DNA of 64,000 nucleotides from Lingula anatina (Eukaryota; Animalia; Brachiopoda): NCBI GenBank assembly GCA_051362555.1, contig CM120641.1:19158001-19222000 (forward strand), in the 5' to 3' direction. Below the pieces are notes generated by a model that saw only the letters and a list, made by a program, of their open reading frames with translations, did no database searches and was not told the origin of the DNA. Shown here in pieces: positions 61,464 to 64,000 of the stretch (position 1 is its first letter; each line of letters opens with the position of its first letter). A program made the translations under genes and the position numbers.

Positions 61464-63452
61464 AATACACATTTACCTGTCAAAGCCATCTGACAGTCAG
61501 AACAATAAACAAAAGAATCAAAGATAAATGTGAAAACTATTGATTTTTTGGGCAAGTTTCATTAAACCTGTTTGGCAAATTGTTGTCTCTAGACAGGTCA
61601 TTATGCAGTGATTTACAGCAATTTTGCACTAATTGTCAATATTCTGCTTGCAGCCTTGTATGCTGAAAGCAGTGGGTAATCACTAGAATAATGCACTCTA
61701 GGGGCTATAAGCATGCATGGGAAAGTTTAAATCACCAGTTCACTGACTTAAGATATGCACCATGTTGATTGTGGTTTGTTAATCAATGTGTACAGTGGAC
61801 CACATTTCCAAAAATGCTGTTTACATTTGTTGACAAATGCATGTTGAGTATATATCCACAGCATGGCAATAAATTTCTGAGGTCTGTCAGGTGATTGATT
61901 GTGCATCCATTTTAATCATTGCAAGAAAGGAAGAGAAACTGAATGAAATTACCCCTTGACTAAAGATTAATGACCTGACACAGGTTATATAAGGTCTTTT
62001 GACAAAGTATAATTTTTGACAGTATATAACTAAACCAACAGAGCTTTAAATATAACTAAAATTCCACTCACCTTGTATAGATCTGTATACACTGGAGCCC
62101 CCTAATAAATTAAAGCAGAATCTAACAAACCAAATTCCACATTTTCTATTTCAATTTTTGAACAGTGTTCAGCACCAATATGATTTATATAAATATCAGA
62201 AGCATTAATTATTTCAAAAAGGCTTTGTGAAAGGTATAGTATGGGTGTATTTTTGTAAATTGCAATCGCAAACATGAGCCTAGCTGTTCAGTACATATGT
62301 GCAGATTAAGACAGGTCATAGGCTAAATAATTGCAGTGGTTTATAGACACTACTAGTAAGTAGGTGACATTACACAGGCATGAGTGCAATCTCTCTCTCT
62401 CTCTCTCTCTCTCTCAAAAGAGACCAAATGTCTATTTACATTCCTGAAAATGTTTAGATAAGTGCATAAACTTGAGGTTCATGTTACATGTATCCCTAAA
62501 CACCTGTAATCAAAGGCTAAAACTTAAAAAAAAAAAGTAGACCACAAATTTTCACATCCCTTCTACAGTATTAATACATCTTCATCAGTATAATTTTATG
62601 TGATAGCAAGCACATTAATTGGTTTCAAAATCTCTGTTGTTATACATTTATACATGTGCATTTGCTAATTTGGATTTTTTTTTTTACTTGCAGTCATAAA
62701 TTTCTTTTAAATTGACATCCATGCTTTTAATCTTTCCAGGTACAAATGGTTGGAAACCATACTCTATGTGGTGTTAGGGGCCTGTCCCGCTGTATCTGTA
62801 GTAGCCATGGTAAGTGAAGATGGAAAAAAACTGTCATATAGTAGAAAAAAGCTGCCTTGCCTCACTTGGTTTGTCTGTAAAAGAATTTTAAAGGTTAATG
62901 AGAAGAAAGATTTGCCCCCTTAGCCTTTCCATTTCTTTACAATTTCTCCAAAGACAAGGGAAGGTTTCCCCTTTTTTTACTTCTTTGTATTTATTCATAT
63001 ACTTATAGAACAGTTTTATAAAAAGCAGAGATCTTGAATTTGTACAATGAAACAAATGGTCATCCAGTGAAAATGGACATATATTATTCTACACAATAGG
63101 TACCAATTAACTCTGACTCCATTTTACCTTATGGGACAATTTACCTAATGCACCAATGTGTGAAAATTAAAGGCTGTTTAGTACCTTGTAAGACAAAAGG
63201 CTAATTAAACTGGTATGGCAATACCTTTTATTATTTAATGCACATTTTGTTTTACAGAAGAATGTATCTGGATTGACTGAGATGGCATTTGGCGGAATGG
63301 TCTACATCATTGGTGTGTTCTTCTTCAAGTGTGATGGCGTCCTTCCATTTGCCCACGCCATTTGGCACTGCTTCGTATTTGTAGGGGCAGCCTTCCATTA
63401 CTATGCTGTCTGTAAATACCTGCTTGGTCCACACAATGTGGAAGCTTCCTGA
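53696..63452 (+). CDS. MMD: Monocyte-to-macrophage differentiation factor (MMD/MMD2, PAQR10/11, hemolysin-III family) 7TM protein, about 234 aa
   Basis: Exons 53696-53718 (or alternative 56192-56232), 57275-57356, 57830-57987, 59268-59342, 61253-61354, 62740-62809, 63258-63452 (TGA) join in frame. Motifs EHIANMVTHG, STTFH, FHIGDRAVIYIFIAASYTPWL, FHEKYK, FFKCDGVLPFAHAIWHCFV, HYYAVCKYL. Intron positions resemble vertebrate MMD as recalled. Confidence 0.93.
56025..56038. promoter_or_regulatory. Palindromic E-box / CLEAR-like motif (CGGTCACGTGACCG)
   Basis: Perfect 14-bp palindrome containing GTCACGTGAC, about 155 bp upstream of the ATG of the candidate alternative MMD first exon, in a CpG-rich patch. 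Confidence 0.55.
56192..56232 (+). CDS. MMD: Candidate alternative first coding exon of the MMD-like gene (MRGTANGIRRSNS-R)
   Basis: gcgATG...TCTCG|GTAAGT, phase 2, compatible with the acceptor at 57275. Confidence 0.6.
56761..56814. repeat. (AAT)n(ATT)n self-complementary microsatellite
   Basis: AAT array immediately followed by its reverse complement. Confidence 0.9.
61365..61458. repeat. (CT)n(CA)n compound microsatellite just after an MMD splice donor
   Basis: Directly visible. Confidence 0.95.
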
Positions 63453-64000
63453 CCTCTTCCCCCCCACCCACCCCTTCAACACACAAACAGGTACATGTAT
63501 CATACACATTGGATATGTTATTTAGATTTACAAATAGATTAAATAAATAGTAATTATATATCTTTGGTATTACCATTTTTAAAAAAACTACAATTGACTT
63601 TAGTGCATTATACAAATAATAGGGGTTTATCTTTGATATTATGAATTTATTAGCTATTTGATATTATGAGAATTTTTGAGGGAATTTACCCAAAACTGAT
63701 ATTTTTGAGAGTACCAGAACAAGAAATGATAATTGTGGACAAAGGAGATTTGTAGAATTTGTAGACAGAAGCACTTATTTTTTAGGATCCCTTTCTATTA
63801 CTGGTATATATAGCATTACAAGAAAGTAGGCATTGCCTAGTTGAGCAAGTGTGTTGAAATTTTAGATCTTATGATAAGAATGCATAAACAATATCAAGAA
63901 AATGTGTTTCTGATAATTGTAGTGTTCATGTTTCACAAATATCGACTTAATACTGTACTTAGATATTGTCATGTATAGAGATCTCAGCTTATCCAATTTT

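Overview
This is AT-rich, intron-containing animal DNA, most likely from an invertebrate bilaterian (probably a mollusc or other lophotrochozoan; species not determinable), so most ORF-track entries are spurious. Four spliced genes were reconstructed by hand with frame-consistent exons: (1) a C16orf89/UPF0764-family gene (+, 4726-8813; first exon not found); (2) an NT5M/NT5C 5'(3')-deoxyribonucleotidase (+, 9415-11678), in which two of four introns appear to be GC-AG; (3) a roughly 36 kb MPRIP/TRIOBP/outspread-family two-PH, coiled-coil gene (-, 51188-15070; 24 exons, one of 3888 nt); (4) an MMD/MMD2 (PAQR10/11) gene (+, 53696-63452), head-to-head with the MPRIP-like gene. Repeats include a 5'-truncated CR1-group LINE, a Penelope-like element (PLE) inserted at the NT5M stop codon, MITE-like hairpins and many microsatellites. 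The most striking observation is a minimal hammerhead-ribozyme motif with a compensatory G3-C8 core swap in the inverted PLE terminal repeat, lying sense to the presumed NT5M 3' UTR. Other notable candidates are an alternative first exon giving the MPRIP-like protein a Cys/polybasic membrane anchor, a 24-nt in-frame microexon with an upstream UGC, and two alternative MMD first exons, one behind a perfect CLEAR/E-box palindrome.
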